NCBI GenBank assembly: GCA_951406725.2
Contig: OX597821.1
Location: 14,756,001-14,820,000 of the forward strand
Direction: 5' to 3'
DNA length: 64,000 bases
From: Octopus vulgaris
Lineage: Eukaryota
The translations under genes and the position numbers were made by a program. Positions 24,472-38,827 of the stretch are shown here, one piece after another. Positions within the stretch are counted from its first letter, which is position 1. Each line of letters begins with the position of its first letter. The notes beneath the pieces are model-generated. The model saw only the letters and a program-made list of their open reading frames with translations. It did no database searches and was not told the DNA's origin.

Positions 24472-27043
24472 GTCTTCAATCTATTGAAAAATGTATAATT
24501 CACCAGGAAAAACAATATTATGTTGTTTAAAATATAACTCCCAAAATAGTTATTTTATCATGAAGCGGGAATAAATACCACTCATTAACTGAGAAATCTA
24601 GGAAAGCGTAAATTGCTCACTGATTAGTTTTATAAAATGAGTCATGTGATGTTTGGAAACCTCTGCAAGAACAATTAAAATCCTTTATAAGGATTTTTTT
24701 TTAAATCATGAAGGAAGAAAAAGAATATCAAATAAGATTATCCACTGAGACTTTTATTAATCATTGGGTCAATCATACAGATGAGGCAATTTATTTTACA
24801 GCAGAGCAAGAGTGGAGATATTTGGAATTTTAATAAAAATATGAATATTTACATCATGACTTTACAACGTGACGCAAAATGGTGAAGAATAATAACATCA
24901 TTTTAGATTTTGATACAGAATACTATTGGAAAAATTGTTAATTACTGATTATTTAATCTAGAATTATTTCAATCAATATAAAAAATGCTGGTTGAAAGCG
25001 AGAATTGAAATTATACTGTTAGAAGTGGATAATTATTTATTTGAAAATAATAAACAGAGAATAGTTATTTTGGATTATACAGATATTATGAAAAACAAAA
25101 ATGCCGATAGATTAGCAAATGAGAAAGGGAGAGTAGAAGAAATTATAAATATAGAATTACGTATCGAGTTTCTCCAAAGTAAAATCGTTTAGTATAATCA
25201 TAATCAGGAAAAGGTAGGGAAAATATTAGGAAGAATCAATCAGTAGATAAAGTATCAAAGTTTAATCCTCTTTTATCCCTAGTAGGATAATCTTGTGAAT
25301 CTTACCAGTTACTGAACAATAAAAATATAGGTTTTGTTGGCTACATATGGAACACCCTCGATCAGAAACATATTTAGTTGCTTGTGGGCCCAGATGCTAA
25401 TCCGAAGAAGTGCATCCAAGAGCAGCCGCCCAAAAGATTAATATAATCATAGGTTTCCTGGGTTCCGATGTTCGTGTACCATGGCACCTACCTTAAAATA
25501 GCACAGGCCATGAACACGTTGTAAGCAATTACCTTCGTGCTTTTGCAAAGACTATCCAGAAATCTTAAGGAATTATACGAACAAATTATGGCAGTGAGAA
25601 AATATTGGCTTAAAATTTTGGTATAGGGGCATGAGTTTTGGCGGAGGGGTTTAAGTCGATTACATTATCTTATCTTATCGATTCCGAAAGAATGAAAAAC
25701 AAAGACGACCTCAGCGGAATTTGAACTCAGAACATAAAGACAGACGAAAAACCGCTAAGCATTTTGCCAAAATTTGAAACCATTATCAATACTAATACAG
25801 CATGGACTATAAATAAACATACAGTATCATGCTTATATGTATTTAGTTTTGTGCGCAATTAGGCCTACGGTGGACTTTTAGACTGCATAGGATGAGGATG
25901 GAATTGACCGATTTCATTGTTATTTAACATCTCATAAGAATTCGCTTAACTCTACCCACAAAATGATGAAAAGTAACAGACTACAACCGTCAGGCACAGT
26001 CCTTTTTCTTATTGGTGCAAGGTTCTGCGACCCATACATTATAAGATAGATATACAGAAAGTTCCTTTAAACTGATTCACCAATCATGTTAATGATAATT
26101 AGTTAAATTGAGAGACCATTTTTTTTTGTTTTAAGATTTGTTATCTCTGGAACTATAGAAATGAATTCTGTATCCCCAATCTATGTCGTGTAGGGAGACA
26201 GTATATCTAATATAGGCGTTAATATAGGAAAGGGTTAAGTGATTACATCAACTCTAGTAAATGACTGGTACGTTATTTAATCGACTCCAAAAGGATGAAA
26301 GACAAAGTTGATTTTGGTAGAATTTAAGCTCAGAATGAGAAGAACAAGAACAGATAATGCTAAGCATTTTTTTTTCTTGATGGATAGAAATCAACCGACC
26401 TAAAACTATTATTTCGCTATTACACTAGTCGCGTGATAGTTAAGATAGTTAAAATATTTTAAATTCATCACATAACAAGCAGTTAGTATACTGCTTCGTT
26501 CGAGATGAAAACAAATTTTACCAGAGAAGTATCTGAATTTATGCCGTGAGATATATGATTAAATATCATAAAACTTTTAATCAAGTTTTCTTCCATCTGG
26601 AGACTGATAATTGCTTTAATCTAGGCAAAAGACCAGCATTTTTTGAGGTTGAGGATCAGCCGATTAAATCGATCCGAGGACATGACAAGTGCTTTATATT
26701 ATTAATTCCAGATGGATGAAAGGTAAGTTAACGTCCGTGTGATTTGAACTCAGAACAGAACTCAGAACTCAGCTAGAAGAACTGCTGCACCTCATATTTT
26801 CCGACGCTCTAACAAATATAATAACAATTGTTCTTGATTTTGGTACAAGGTAAGTAATTTTTAGGGGATGGGATAAGTCAAAATTACCGACTTTAGTACT
26901 TGTACTTTATTTTATTGAACCTGAATGAAAAGCGAAGTTGCACTAGGCTAGATTTGAAATCAGAACGAAGACAGTCGGAAAAAATGCTACAAAATATTTT
27001 ACCAACACCCTAACGATTCTAAAGAGTAATAATGGAGGAAAGT

Positions 27044-27423
27044 GGAGGCGCAATGGCCCAGTGGTTAGGACAGCGGACTCGCGGTCGTAGGAACGCGGTT
27101 TCGATTCCCAGACCGGGCGTTGTGAGTGTTTATTGAGCGAAAACACCTAAAGCTCCACGAGGCTCCGGCAGGGGGTGGTGGCGAACCCTACTGTACTCTT
27201 TCACCACAACTTTCTCTCACTCTTACTTCCTGTTTCTGTTGTACCTGTATTTCAATGGCCGGCCTTGTCACTCTCTGTGTCACGCTGAATATCCCCGAGA
27301 ACTACGTTAAGGGTGCACGTGTCTGTGGAGTGCTCAGCCACTTACACGTTAATTTCACGAGCAGGCTGTTCCGTTGATCGGATCAACCGGAACCCTCGTC
27401 GTCGTAATCGACGGAGTGCTTCC
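27044..27423 (+). mobile_element. SINE family B, full-length with TSD
   Basis: Same head as 9248; flanked by AATGGAGGAAAGT / AATGGAAGAAAGT, a one-mismatch direct repeat. Confidence 0.88.
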
Positions 27424-28460
27424 TCAATGGAAGAAAGTGGAATGGATGGTCTTTCTAGATGGTGAGATTGCAATCGAAATGCCGCCGAACTTATTTCCAC
27501 TATATTTACAAACATGTAAATTATGTTGCAAAAAAAAAAAAAGAAAAATGTCAGTAGTGACTCAGTGATGTAGAACAAATCTAACTAGATAATTAAATGA
27601 TGAGCAATTAATTAGAAGGCTCACAATTCCGAGATCGAATGTTGTAGCTTTTAATAAACATCAATAGAAGCTGATGGTGCTATCAGACTGTAAAATTATC
27701 AAAGAAACTTCAAATTTAAAATAACTCGAATACATAGAAATCATAGTGGATGTATTATGGACTCTAAGTTCAGTTTATGGTATCTTTTCTTTTCTTTTCT
27801 TTTCTTTTTTTTAGAAAAGATTGTTGAACACTTGGGGATCAATAACATAGCTATCTGAAAAGAAGTTTCTGAAAGAATTCAAACGCCCATATTACTACAA
27901 AAATTAGAATGGTAACCAGCCAAAAGAAACCATAATTAATAGCAAGGTTCAAAATATCTACTGGTATTATATCATATTTTCTTCAAAGACACCGACAGCT
28001 AAAACCCGAGCTGAAATGTTGGTTGGAGGTTTGATATAATTGCTATGTATTTGATATCATACGATTCCTAAAGCTGGAAGCCAATTGTTTAATCACAAAT
28101 AGAGCCGTTTTGGATGTGTTAATAATAGTCGCGAAGGAGGAGAAAGAGTGATACGATTCTTAATGGTTATTTCTACTGCTTGTAAATATAGGAAAGGAGG
28201 ACGAAATTGCTGAGATTAACGAAATCAAGAAAAATATCCTTTATCTTATAATTTTTTTTCCCAGATAGAACACAGAAATGCATGCTTTCATGATGCTGAA
28301 TACATAAGTCTCAAAGAAGGAACGGTTAAAATTCTTGTTTAGAAAGAACACTTCAGAGCATAATTGTTTGAGTATAGTCACTGTACTTACATGTGTGTGT
28401 GGAGTAATAATATATGAGTCCATTGATTTAAATGCAATAATGCAGCAAAGTATTATTTAA

Positions 28461-28697
28461 TCCTTTGCCTGTCTCTTGTATCACATGTGATAACATATGA
28501 ATTATTTCTCTGGCGTACAGGCGTCGTATGATACGCATTTGCCATATTTTTTCAACCGTCAGAGTAACAGGAATTATGAAAGGAAATCTTTATGCTACTG
28601 CTACTCAGAACGTATGAAACAAAGGCTAACTAAAAATCTGAAAACAAGCATGAACGTTTAGGACACAGTTTTGAAAAGGCTTTGAACAGGCAAAGGG
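28461..28697. mobile_element. piggyBac-type MITE
   Basis: TTAA|TCCTTTGCCTGT ... ACAGGCAAAGGG|TTAA: 12-bp TIR with one mismatch and TTAA target duplication. Confidence 0.7.
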
Positions 28698-29028
28698 TTA
28701 AGCTGTGTTATTTATGATCAAACGGTCGTATTAAAATAACAGACGCATGCAGGAGCATTTTGCTTCGGATTAGTATGGGAGTGAAGACAAAACTTGTAAA
28801 GACGATGTTAGTCTTGGCAGCAAAGGGTTGTTAAGAGTTTTACTTTGCAATCACATGGTTTCGGGTTCAGTCCTACAGAGTGCTGCCTTGAGTAAGAATC
28901 TTCTTTTATAGCTTCAGTCTAACCAGGGATTTGTGTATAAAAATGCGAGACAGAAACTGTACAGAAGCCCGTTATGTGTGTGAATGTGTATATGCATGTA
29001 TATATGTATATATATATATATATATATA

Positions 29029-29130
29029 TCACGTGATCACGTGACCGCTGTTGTTACACATCGCTGGTCACAATGCATTCGCATTGTTTTAGCCTTCGAA
29101 TGACGCCACCCCGCTGGCTAAGCGAGCAGG

Positions 29131-29133
<3 letters not shown>
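29029..29133 (-). mobile_element. 3' part of SINE family F inserted in (TA)n
   Basis: Reverse complement TTGGCCTGCTCGCTTAGCCAGCGGGGTGGCGTCATTCGAAGGCTAAAACAATGC matches 50646-50700. Confidence 0.7.
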
Positions 29134-29186
<53 letters not shown>

Positions 29187-29258
29187 GGGAATATTATTCC
29201 AAACTTACAGGGAAAAATTCAATTTAGTAATACTAAATCAAATTTCACAAAATATACT

Positions 29259-29529
29259 ATATGTATATAAATTAGAAAAGAACCACCTTTTATCAATTCA
29301 ACAATGAAATAATAGAATTATACCATATAGAAAAAAATTAAATATAAGATAAAAACATATACCAATCTAGTCATTTTATCAATTATATACTTTTATTTAC
29401 TATTTTGTACATTACTTAATCATTGGTATATGTTTTTATCTTATATTTAATTTTTTTTCTATATGGTTTAATTTAAGGATTTCATTGTTGAATTGATAAA
29501 AGGTGGATTTTTCTAATTTATATACATAT
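29259..29529. repeat. Long inverted repeat (about 108-bp arms, 55-nt loop)
   Basis: 29259-29366 is the reverse complement of 29422-29529 with few mismatches. Confidence 0.9.
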
Positions 29530-29534
29530 GTATG

Positions 29535-29642
<108 letters not shown>

Positions 29643-30493
29643 CATATATATATACACACACACATATATATATATAAATGTGTGTGTGTGTGTGTGTATT
29701 TGTGTTTGTACTTGTGTGTGTATCTGTGTGACGCTCTTTCTGTTTGCGCTCCCCACTGCCGCTTGACAACTGATGTCGTTTTATTTACGTTCCTGAAACT
29801 AGCAATTCGTCAAAAACTGACCGATAGAATAAGTACTAGAGTTGAAAATAAGTATTTAAGTCGATTTGTTCGACTAAACCCGTCAAAACGGTGCTCTAGC
29901 GTGGCCGCAGTCTAAAGACTGAGACAACTAAAATAATTGGTGGAAATATGGTTTGCCAGAAATTACGGATATGCGTCTGATATTTATGATTATAGATAGA
30001 TATACCGAAACGTCTATATAATTAATAATGTACATGATTAATTACAAGGTTTAAATACATATAACTGCAACAATCTTCAGCTATCTGATGTTAAAATTAT
30101 TATTCTCTCTTTCTAGTGAGTTTCCATTACTACTGTCAAAATGAAAGGATTAAAGAAAAATCATTTATCGATCAACAAGATGCTAACTTGACATTTTAGC
30201 CATCAGCCGCTTTATATCGATTTTCTGTCAGTCCAGTCGCTGAATGTCCCGCTCGGAGAACTACTAAAGTGAAAAAATACCGGACAATAATAAATGACCA
30301 CCAGAAATATTGTTATTGCTGTCTGATTTTAAAAGACTTTCATTATCATTGTTGTTATTTTTGCTTTGAGATGAATGTGGTAGAAGTAAATATGCCGACA
30401 GAGGCATGGTTGAAGGGGTAAAGAAGTCCGTTTCCTAATCACGGCATACTGGGTTCGGTTTGACTGGGTTTTGAGCAAGTGTCTTGTTATGGA

Positions 30494-30875
30494 TGGAAGC
30501 ACTCCGTCGGTTCCGACGACGAGGGTTCCGGTTGATCCGAATCAACGGAACAGCCTGCTCGTGAAATTAACGTGTAAGTGGCTGAGCACTCCACAGACAC
30601 GTGTACCCTTAACGTAGTTCTCGGGGATATTCAGCGTGACACAGAGAGTGATAAGGCCGGCCCTTGAAATACAGGTACAACAGAAACAGGAAGTAAGAGA
30701 GAGAGAGTTGTGGTGAAAGAGTACAGCAGGGATCACCACCATCCCCTGCCGGAGCCTCGTGGAGCTTTAGGTGTTTTCGCTCAATAAACACTCACAACGC
30801 CCGGTCTGGGAATCGAAACCGCGATCCTACGACCGCGAGTCCGCTGCCCTAACTACTGGGCCATTGCGCCTCCAC
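30494..30875 (-). mobile_element. SINE family B, full-length with 11-bp TSD
   Basis: Reverse complement of family B; TGTCTTGTTAT at 30480-30490 and 30876-30886; inserted into an old family A-like head. Confidence 0.88.
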
Positions 30876-30988
30876 TGTCTTGTTATAACCTCAACTTTGC
30901 GAGTGGGGCTGATTAGGCGGAAACTGTGGAAGAATGTTAACGTGTACCTGTAATTCAAAAGTCCCTCTTTTCACTAAATGTGTTACAC

Positions 30989-31327
30989 CGGTGGTTGTCA
31001 ACCGGTGTCCATATGATCCTTGAGAGTCCATATAAAACTTTTCGGAGTCTGCACTAGTAAAATAGTAAATTGGGGATCCACTGGAGCATTTTAAGAATCC
31101 CTGAAATGTTTCGATTTAAATGCATGTATTGCAATTAACAAGGTTTCTTTCGCTAACATTTTTGCATATTTCAACCTATACGAGTGAAGGAGGAAATACC
31201 AAAATAGGAATTTTGGAAGAAGGGGCTATAAATTTAGTTCTTAAACATCGAATGGCTAGAGGGGGTCCACCAGAATAAAATAATAATCTAAGGGGTCTAT
31301 AGGTAAAAAAATAGTTGAGAACCACTG
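30989..31327. mobile_element. hAT (Charlie-like) MITE, diverged
   Basis: CGGTGGTTGTCAACC ... AGTTGAGAACCACTG termini, internal GGGGTCC motifs, and TTACAC repeated on both flanks. Confidence 0.65.
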
Positions 31328-31394
31328 TTACACAGATTTGGTCTGATAATTGCATGTCTTAAGGCAGTGGGTAGTAATTTTCTTCACTACTTCA

Positions 31395-31750
31395 GGGAGT
31401 GATGACCCTGCCTGACACGAGTCCCGGGCTCAGCTGGCCCCGGCTGATAGTACCCGGTATGGGCTCCTATCCAGGGCTACGGAAAGGAGACAACCTTCAA
31501 AAAAATCCGGAGTGGAGCCCCGTAGGTGGTTTAGTGTTCGACTGAACACTCTTCTGGCAGCTCCTGCAACCAAGCAGGTGCCAAACGTAATGCTCTGCAC
31601 TCCTTTGGAATACGTCAGCAAGGTCGAGAGAGGAATCCTGACGATTGGGCTACCCAGGATTTTCTTACATCTAGCCCAGGCCTGCTCAAAACTGATTTTA
31701 TACGCAACTCCATTGTCTCCCGAGACGAAAGGATGCAAACAATAACAACT
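31395..31750 (+). mobile_element. Probable RTE-related short retroposon
   Basis: GC-rich block ending in an AAC-like tail; the segment GGTGCCAAACGTAATGCTCTGCACTCCTTTGGAATACGTCAGCAAGGTCGAGAGAGG resembles 49894-49957 in SINE family E. Confidence 0.45.
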
Positions 31751-34700
31751 ATACATGTCTGTGGGATACTCAGCTACTTAATCAAATTTAATTTACTGGT
31801 AGTATAGTAGATTCAACAACTGAATTTTCATCTTGGAAACTGTTTCAATTTCTGGATACTCTCATATGCTTTAATTTCACTACGGTCTTTTCTGCTTGGC
31901 TGTACTGTGGAAAACTTGAAGTTTAGTGAAGATTTTAAAATTTGATATATTGATGTAATTTTCCACGTTGAATCTCAGGGGCTAATTCACTTTTTCCAGA
32001 AAACCTTTTTTTTTAAAGTTAAAGAGGTTTAAAGTTTCATCATTTTTATCCAGTCAGAAAATAGAAGTTGGAAGCTATCATTTTGTGCGTGACTGCACGT
32101 GTTTGTTAACTGTAAACAAACTAAATTTTGGTGGAATTCTGCTTTACGCACGCCATATAACACCTCACAACTTTATTTTCATACCTCATGTGTTTTAATT
32201 AGCAAAAAATGACCAAGTGGGTAAGCAGCTTGGTAACAGATTGGCTTGTTACTATGGAAACAAGCGCCTATATGTTTATCTGGCTTTCGATTGGCTAAAA
32301 TAACCCAAAATTTGCTAAGTTTAAAAGCTATTAACTTTTTATTTATTGATTTATAGTGAAAAACGAATTTCATATCAATGGTTATCATACAAAACTACAC
32401 CAATACACCAAATACGAAATCAACTGGAACAAAAATTGGAGAAATTGAAAAGTGGGAACCAAACAGAAAAGATCTTTTTATTATTATAAATACACTGTAT
32501 GTATGTGTGAATTCACATCACAATTTGTTATTTTACCTCTACTATAAAAAGGAAAACCTGTATATATGTAACTGGTTTTCCTTATGCAACTGTAATGTTT
32601 TCTTCTAATTTATAAACCATTGTTAAGTTGTGGAGAACTGGACAAATTAGATAACCATTTCTAATTTTAGTATCGGTGCACTTTTCATTCGTTAGTCCTG
32701 GACACAAGCAAGAAATCTATATTCCTTCTAACGCTTACTATGACTCAACCATTGTGATGCAGACATGAAAGAGTTGGTTCGTCGCAATATTTCTGGTGGC
32801 GCAACCGATACATTGTTTTATTGAAGTAATCTAATAGGAAGCAAAAGATCGAGGTAGAATTTTGTCAATACAAGACATATTTTTACTTGAGTTTTCTTTT
32901 GTACAAGTGTAATAAAAAAAAATATTCCCAAAAGGAAAATACTTCACAGTATCACTTAGTTAACACATCAATACAATGTGCTAACAATCAATAAGATGAT
33001 GTATATGGTTGATTTTCGAACAAAAAGGAGTGGATAACTGATTAGAAAGTTTAGTATTTTGCTGTAAGTTCAACAACTAACAGGGTGCGGGAAATGGAGC
33101 TGAATATCATTAATATTTGAGACGTGTGTTTGAAATTCTTTTTACACTCGGAATCTATTTACTTCTGGGTTGTTTAATTTACATTAAACTTAGCATGGCG
33201 ACTTTTTTTTTTCATCTTTGTCGCATACTGCAAAGATTACTCGAAGTACAAGATCATCTAAGTACATTTTATGGCTGCAGTATGTTAACAAAAAAGCAAT
33301 AATGGACACTTTTGGCACTTTGGCAAAACGCCAGGAATCTATCATGACATAAAGCTAAAATCAATGTCACACATTCTATCTATACAAACACAAAATACAT
33401 ATACCCACCAAAATAGATATAATCACCCGCTTCAAATAAATCCTCTGAGTCTACTTATGCTTGTTTCTGCAGTTATCACTACAACTTTCGATCATCTATT
33501 ATCAAACTGGACGGTAAAATAAAAGCTTTTGTTGTGAGTCCACTTTCACGTGGTGTTGATAAAATCGTTATCACAGGTCCGTGCTATGAGTGTTTCTATT
33601 ATGGTCCAATAATAAAAAATACTCGTACCACGAAAGTGAGTGTTTCTATTATGCTACATCAATCCTGGTTTTGACTTTAAACTGCATACAATTGTGAGGC
33701 TCTGATTCAAAGGTTCCAGGATTCTGAGGCGTATGGAACCACCTCTTAGCCACTATTGTTTCCAAGTCTACTCAAACTCGGAGTAGTAGCAATTGCCAGG
33801 GTCCCAGCTATGGGGTAATTAGCATATTAGAGCTTACCTACCTATTGCATATAACTCTAGAGAAGAAACCTTAATATTTCAACAGAGGCGAAGGTGAATG
33901 TTGCAACAAATAGTGGGGTGCAGAAAGCAAGATGAAGTAAGATATCTTGGTCATCTACTGCATTCGTCACTTTCCCCAGTCGTCTTGACCTGGTCTTTCC
34001 ATATGATTGAAGATGTCACGAACGAGAGACTGACATTGCCTATGTGCAACTCATCAGTCATCTTTAAGGATGACTAAATGGCCCTCATCGCTCCGACAGA
34101 CGAACATAATTACAGTCCAAAAAATCCGTGGCAAGATTTGATCATATCGCTATATGATAGAGAGATACAAATTAACTAGTGAATATTACTGATTTTGTTT
34201 TGTGATGAACTATATTTATCAATGGTATCTATTAACAATTAGATGGAATGAACTAATGAGAATTACGGGCCTCAACTAAGGGTCTGTTTAACGTCAAGGA
34301 AGAGAAATAAATTATAATCTCTTCAATAGATTGCTTGGCATCCTGTTAAATAGCTTAGCTATAACTCCAGCAGAACAGGCGAAATATTTCCTCTCTGAGA
34401 TTCTGCGATTCATTCAACTAACCTTTACATGAAGGCCAAACTGAAGTGTGAAACATTCAGTGCGCTGAGTTTCCTCTTAAGTGTTAGATCAATCAACTCG
34501 AGTACAAATTTTCCAGGATGATAAGCAATAAGAAATGATCGTGGGTCAAGAAGGTCACTTTGATGTCACGTGGTACCAAGTTCGATTCCTCTACGTGGCG
34601 CGTTGACCATGTATCTTCTACTATATTTTCGAATCACCCCAAGCTTTGTGAATGAAAATAGATTGACAAAAACTGTAGAAGCTTGTCGAAATGTCTTTGT

Positions 34701-35879
34701 TCTTTGGCAGTAGACTCAATTCGTCTCTTAGAATTCTACATTATTGCTTATCCAACCACATCACCTGTTTGAGAACAATGCAGTCTTTTGTTCTGCCTGT
34801 CCTCCCTTACCAGTGTCAGAGGCTCTGCAAAAGGTTATACAACTCGCCTTATATGACTGAAACGTCACAACCTAGATATCGCAAAGAAAAATGAAGTAAA
34901 AAAAATAAAAAAGAAAAAGAAAAAGTTTTGTGTGTTCTACTGATTCTATAAATTCTTTAGTTTCTCTTAAGAAAAATATCGATGTTTATAGAATGATGCC
35001 CACAGAACACAGTAGGAGACGACAATAAAAATAGATGCCAGTAACCTACATAATGGGATAAAGTGGCCACAAGTGGAACCATATCTTGTTGCGAGGGAAT
35101 TCCCCACCTCATTAGTGTTAAATAAGTTGATATTTTCCAGCTTCTATTTCTTCTGCATAGAATTATTCCATCACAATAACAATACCATTTTAATCACCAT
35201 AATTAGCAGCAGCAACACAATTTAAAATCAGCTGCTCATTACTGAGCAATATATCTCTTGGTGGGTTTTTCTAATTACATTTAGGAAATAGAAGGTTTAT
35301 AACATAAATAAATGAATAAAATATTAAGAAATTTTACGACACATTTTCAATCCGATATGACTACGAGAATCTTCAATTACGAATGAGAATTGATAAATGT
35401 GAGATGTCTTATATGCGAAAGTCTCTTTATATTTTTATTTCGTTCTGTTTTAACTGGGGATTAATTCTGTCTTAACCGTTGGGACATTCCTCGTAAATAA
35501 ATCTTCTAGAATGGCGTGATAACCTATGCAATGCAATGAACATATTTAAATTCTCGTTACCTTTATGCACCTGAATAAATGTGTGCACACACGCTCACAC
35601 GCACGCACACACGCACTCACACGATTATGCCTACTCTCATCATTTTGATACAATACAGGTTGTACACATACTTTCTTCCATCTGGATCACATTTCCTACC
35701 TTGTACTCATATTTCACCCGTACGTACACACACGCACACGCACACACACACACACGCACGCACACACACACACGTACGCGCACACGGAGCAGAGACTATG
35801 CACTCTTCGTCCGTCCTTTTCTTCTTTCTCTCTCTCTCTCTTTCTAATACACATTCTCATAAAACACACACACACACAC

Positions 35880-36124
35880 ACACATACATACATACACACA
35901 TATATACATTCATATATTCATACATTCATACATTCATACATACATACAATCATACATACATACATACATACATACATACATACATACATACATACATTCA
36001 TACATACATACATACATACATACATACATACATACATACATACATACATACATACATACATACATACATACATACATACATACATACGGAGCAGAGACTA
36101 TACACTACTTCGTTCGTCCTTTTC

Positions 36125-36155
<31 letters not shown>

Positions 36156-36350
36156 CATACATACATACACATACATACATACATACATACATACAAACAT
36201 ACATACATACATACACATACATACATACATACATACATACATACATACATACACATACATACATACATACATACATACATACATACATACATACATACAT
36301 ACATACATACATACATTCATACATACATACATACATACATATATACATTC

Positions 36351-36389
<39 letters not shown>

Positions 36390-36415
36390 CATTCTTACAT
36401 ACATACATACACATA
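35880..36415. repeat. (ATAC)n microsatellite array
   Basis: Direct reading; source of the spurious 295-aa HTYI ORF. Confidence 0.95.
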
Positions 36416-38118
36416 CGCGCACATATACACACATATACAAACACACAGACACAGAGTGCCGTATGAACATATACATAAACATATATTTAAAAAATTCATA
36501 TGTTTCTCTGCAGTAGACCTGTTTATAAGCGCGACTACAACCACACACGCAACATGTAATATAAGTGCATGGTCATATTCAAACTCATTTCCCAGTATTC
36601 AACAATTATACATTACTTCACACACACGAGAAAGCACAAACACACACTCCTCCCCCTCTCTCTCTCTCGTATACATACAATATCTGTTTTACCATTCCTC
36701 AACGCCTTGGTCTTTTCTTTCTTTCCTATTCACACTGATTGCTCATATTAACAATATATTTTTATGAACAAACAAACAAGCATAAAATAAAATAAGAAAT
36801 TTAAGAAGAAATCATAATTTTCTTGCAGAGAAATTTTTTTATATTAAAAATATTTTGAGTTGGAATTGGTCCAAGAAAAGAAACTAGATGTAAATAAAGG
36901 TAAATGGTGGCAACATAATTCTGAAACAGAAACAGGGAGATAAACATCTAAATAAGCAGAGTAAAAGGAATGGCATCATTTCACCGAGCGGATGAGAAGG
37001 CAAACTGCAAGACTGGCTGACACGAGTTGTTTGCAACAAATAAGAGAAGCAATGTAAGTGTGTAATAAGAAAGAGGAAGGGTGTAAAATGAATTTGCAAA
37101 TATTCAAGACGAATAGAAACAGAAAAAGAAGTAATAATAGAAGAAAGTGGAATGTAGGAATTAGGATAAGAATGAGGGCGGGAGTTGAAATAAATGAGAG
37201 GGAGAATAGAACCATAGAAAAATGAGAAGAAAAATAGGATGTAAAGAAGATACAAGGAAGAAAAAGAAGATACAGTAAAATGGTAAGAGAAGAGGAAAGA
37301 GTACAAAACGAAACAAAAGACATAAATTACAACAATCCTAGGAGTATATCAAAGAAATATTCGTGAGCGGAAAAGTATGAACATGTGAATAATAGAGGTA
37401 AATATTTGAAGCGAGAGCGAATGCGCAAGGAAAGGAGAAGCATTTTTTATGGGGAGGATATGTGGAGAAAAGTGGATTGTGGGTATGAAACCAAAAAGAA
37501 AAAAAAAATATTAAAAATAGAATTAAGGGAACTGGAAATTCAAATGATATGAAGAAGCAGTCAGAAGACGAAGTAGAAGAAAATAAAACTTAAAAATTGG
37601 TAAATTAAAAAGAAAGAAAATGAAGACGAAAGGCAGCGGGTAAAGAGGGCTGCGATAGAGAGAATGGTAGATGATAGAAAGCAATGAGTTCCAGGGAGAA
37701 AAAAGACGAAACTTAAATGAAATAACTGAAAGAAATAATGAAGTGTGCAGTAGTGGATGCAGTTAGTTATTATATACTGAATGCCCACGTTATGTATCAT
37801 GTAGCGGAATCTAGCAGAGCAAGAAATGGTAAACGCGAAGAAGAAAAAGGGTGTGTGTGGCGTCTGTGCAGTTGTAGAACGAACGGCTGCATGTATATAT
37901 ATATATGTATATATATATATGTGTGTGTGTGTGTTTGTTTGAGCATGTGCGTTTCTTCTTTTGTTTACTGTGTATACATGTGTGTATTTTAGTTCTGATT
38001 CTGTGACTATCACACACACACACACACACACACACAACACACATTCTCTTTCTCCCTCTCGGCATGTGTGCACACACACACACACATGTACATACACACG
38101 TAGAAAGGTATACAGTTA

Positions 38119-38354
38119 AAGGCGGCGAGCTGGCAGAAGTGTTAGCACACCGGGCGAAATGCGTAGCCGTATTTCGTTTGCCATTACGTTCTGAGTTCAA
38201 ATTCCGCCGAGGTCGACTTTGCCTTTCATCCTTTCGAGGTCGATAAATTAAGTACCAGTTATGCACTGGGGTCGATGTAATCGACTTAATCCGTTTGTTT
38301 GTCCTTGTTTGTCCCCTCTGTGTTTAGCCCCTTGTGGGTAGTAAAGAAATAGGT
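38119..38354 (+). mobile_element. SINE family C, monomer
   Basis: AAGGCGGCGAGCTGGCAGAAGTGTTAGC...GTCGACTTTGCCTTTCATCCTTTCGAGGTCGATAAATTAAGTACCAG...AAAGAAATAGGT. Confidence 0.85.
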
Positions 38355-38453
38355 ATGTATACATACCCTTGCACGCATGCATACATGTGCACACAGCGCA
38401 CACACACAGACACATTCATACATACATACATACATACAAACATACATACGTAA

Positions 38454-38498
<45 letters not shown>

Positions 38499-38827
38499 CA
38501 AACATTACATATATATATATATATATATGTATATGTAAATGTATATATGTATAAAAAATATATATAAAAATACAAAATGGGACGAGAACGCAAGACACTC
38601 AAAGAGACGACACAAAAAAGACGGACGGGTCATTCGGAGCCTCTAATCTTCAGTCAAGAACCAGATCATCCTCGCAATTTCGGCTGATTAATCTTGAGAT
38701 CGCTCCGATCCGGTCAGCCCCAAGGAAAAACTAAGTTACGAGCATTAGATTTCTTGGGAAAAGGATCGAATGTATACGAAACAAGGACAGAAAAACGGAC
38801 GATGCCACACGAATATAAATACAAAAT

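Noticed and set aside
32760-32820. DMKELVRRNISGG peptide reminiscent of Polinton DNA polymerase B
   Set aside because: Single short motif with no supporting neighbouring motifs.
35579-36466. 295-aa HTYI-repeat ORF
   Set aside because: Translation of an (ATAC)n microsatellite.
36880-37830. Purine-rich strand-asymmetric region with hydrophobic minus-strand ORFs
   Set aside because: Low-complexity GA-rich DNA yields F/L/S-rich ORFs by composition alone; no family recognised.
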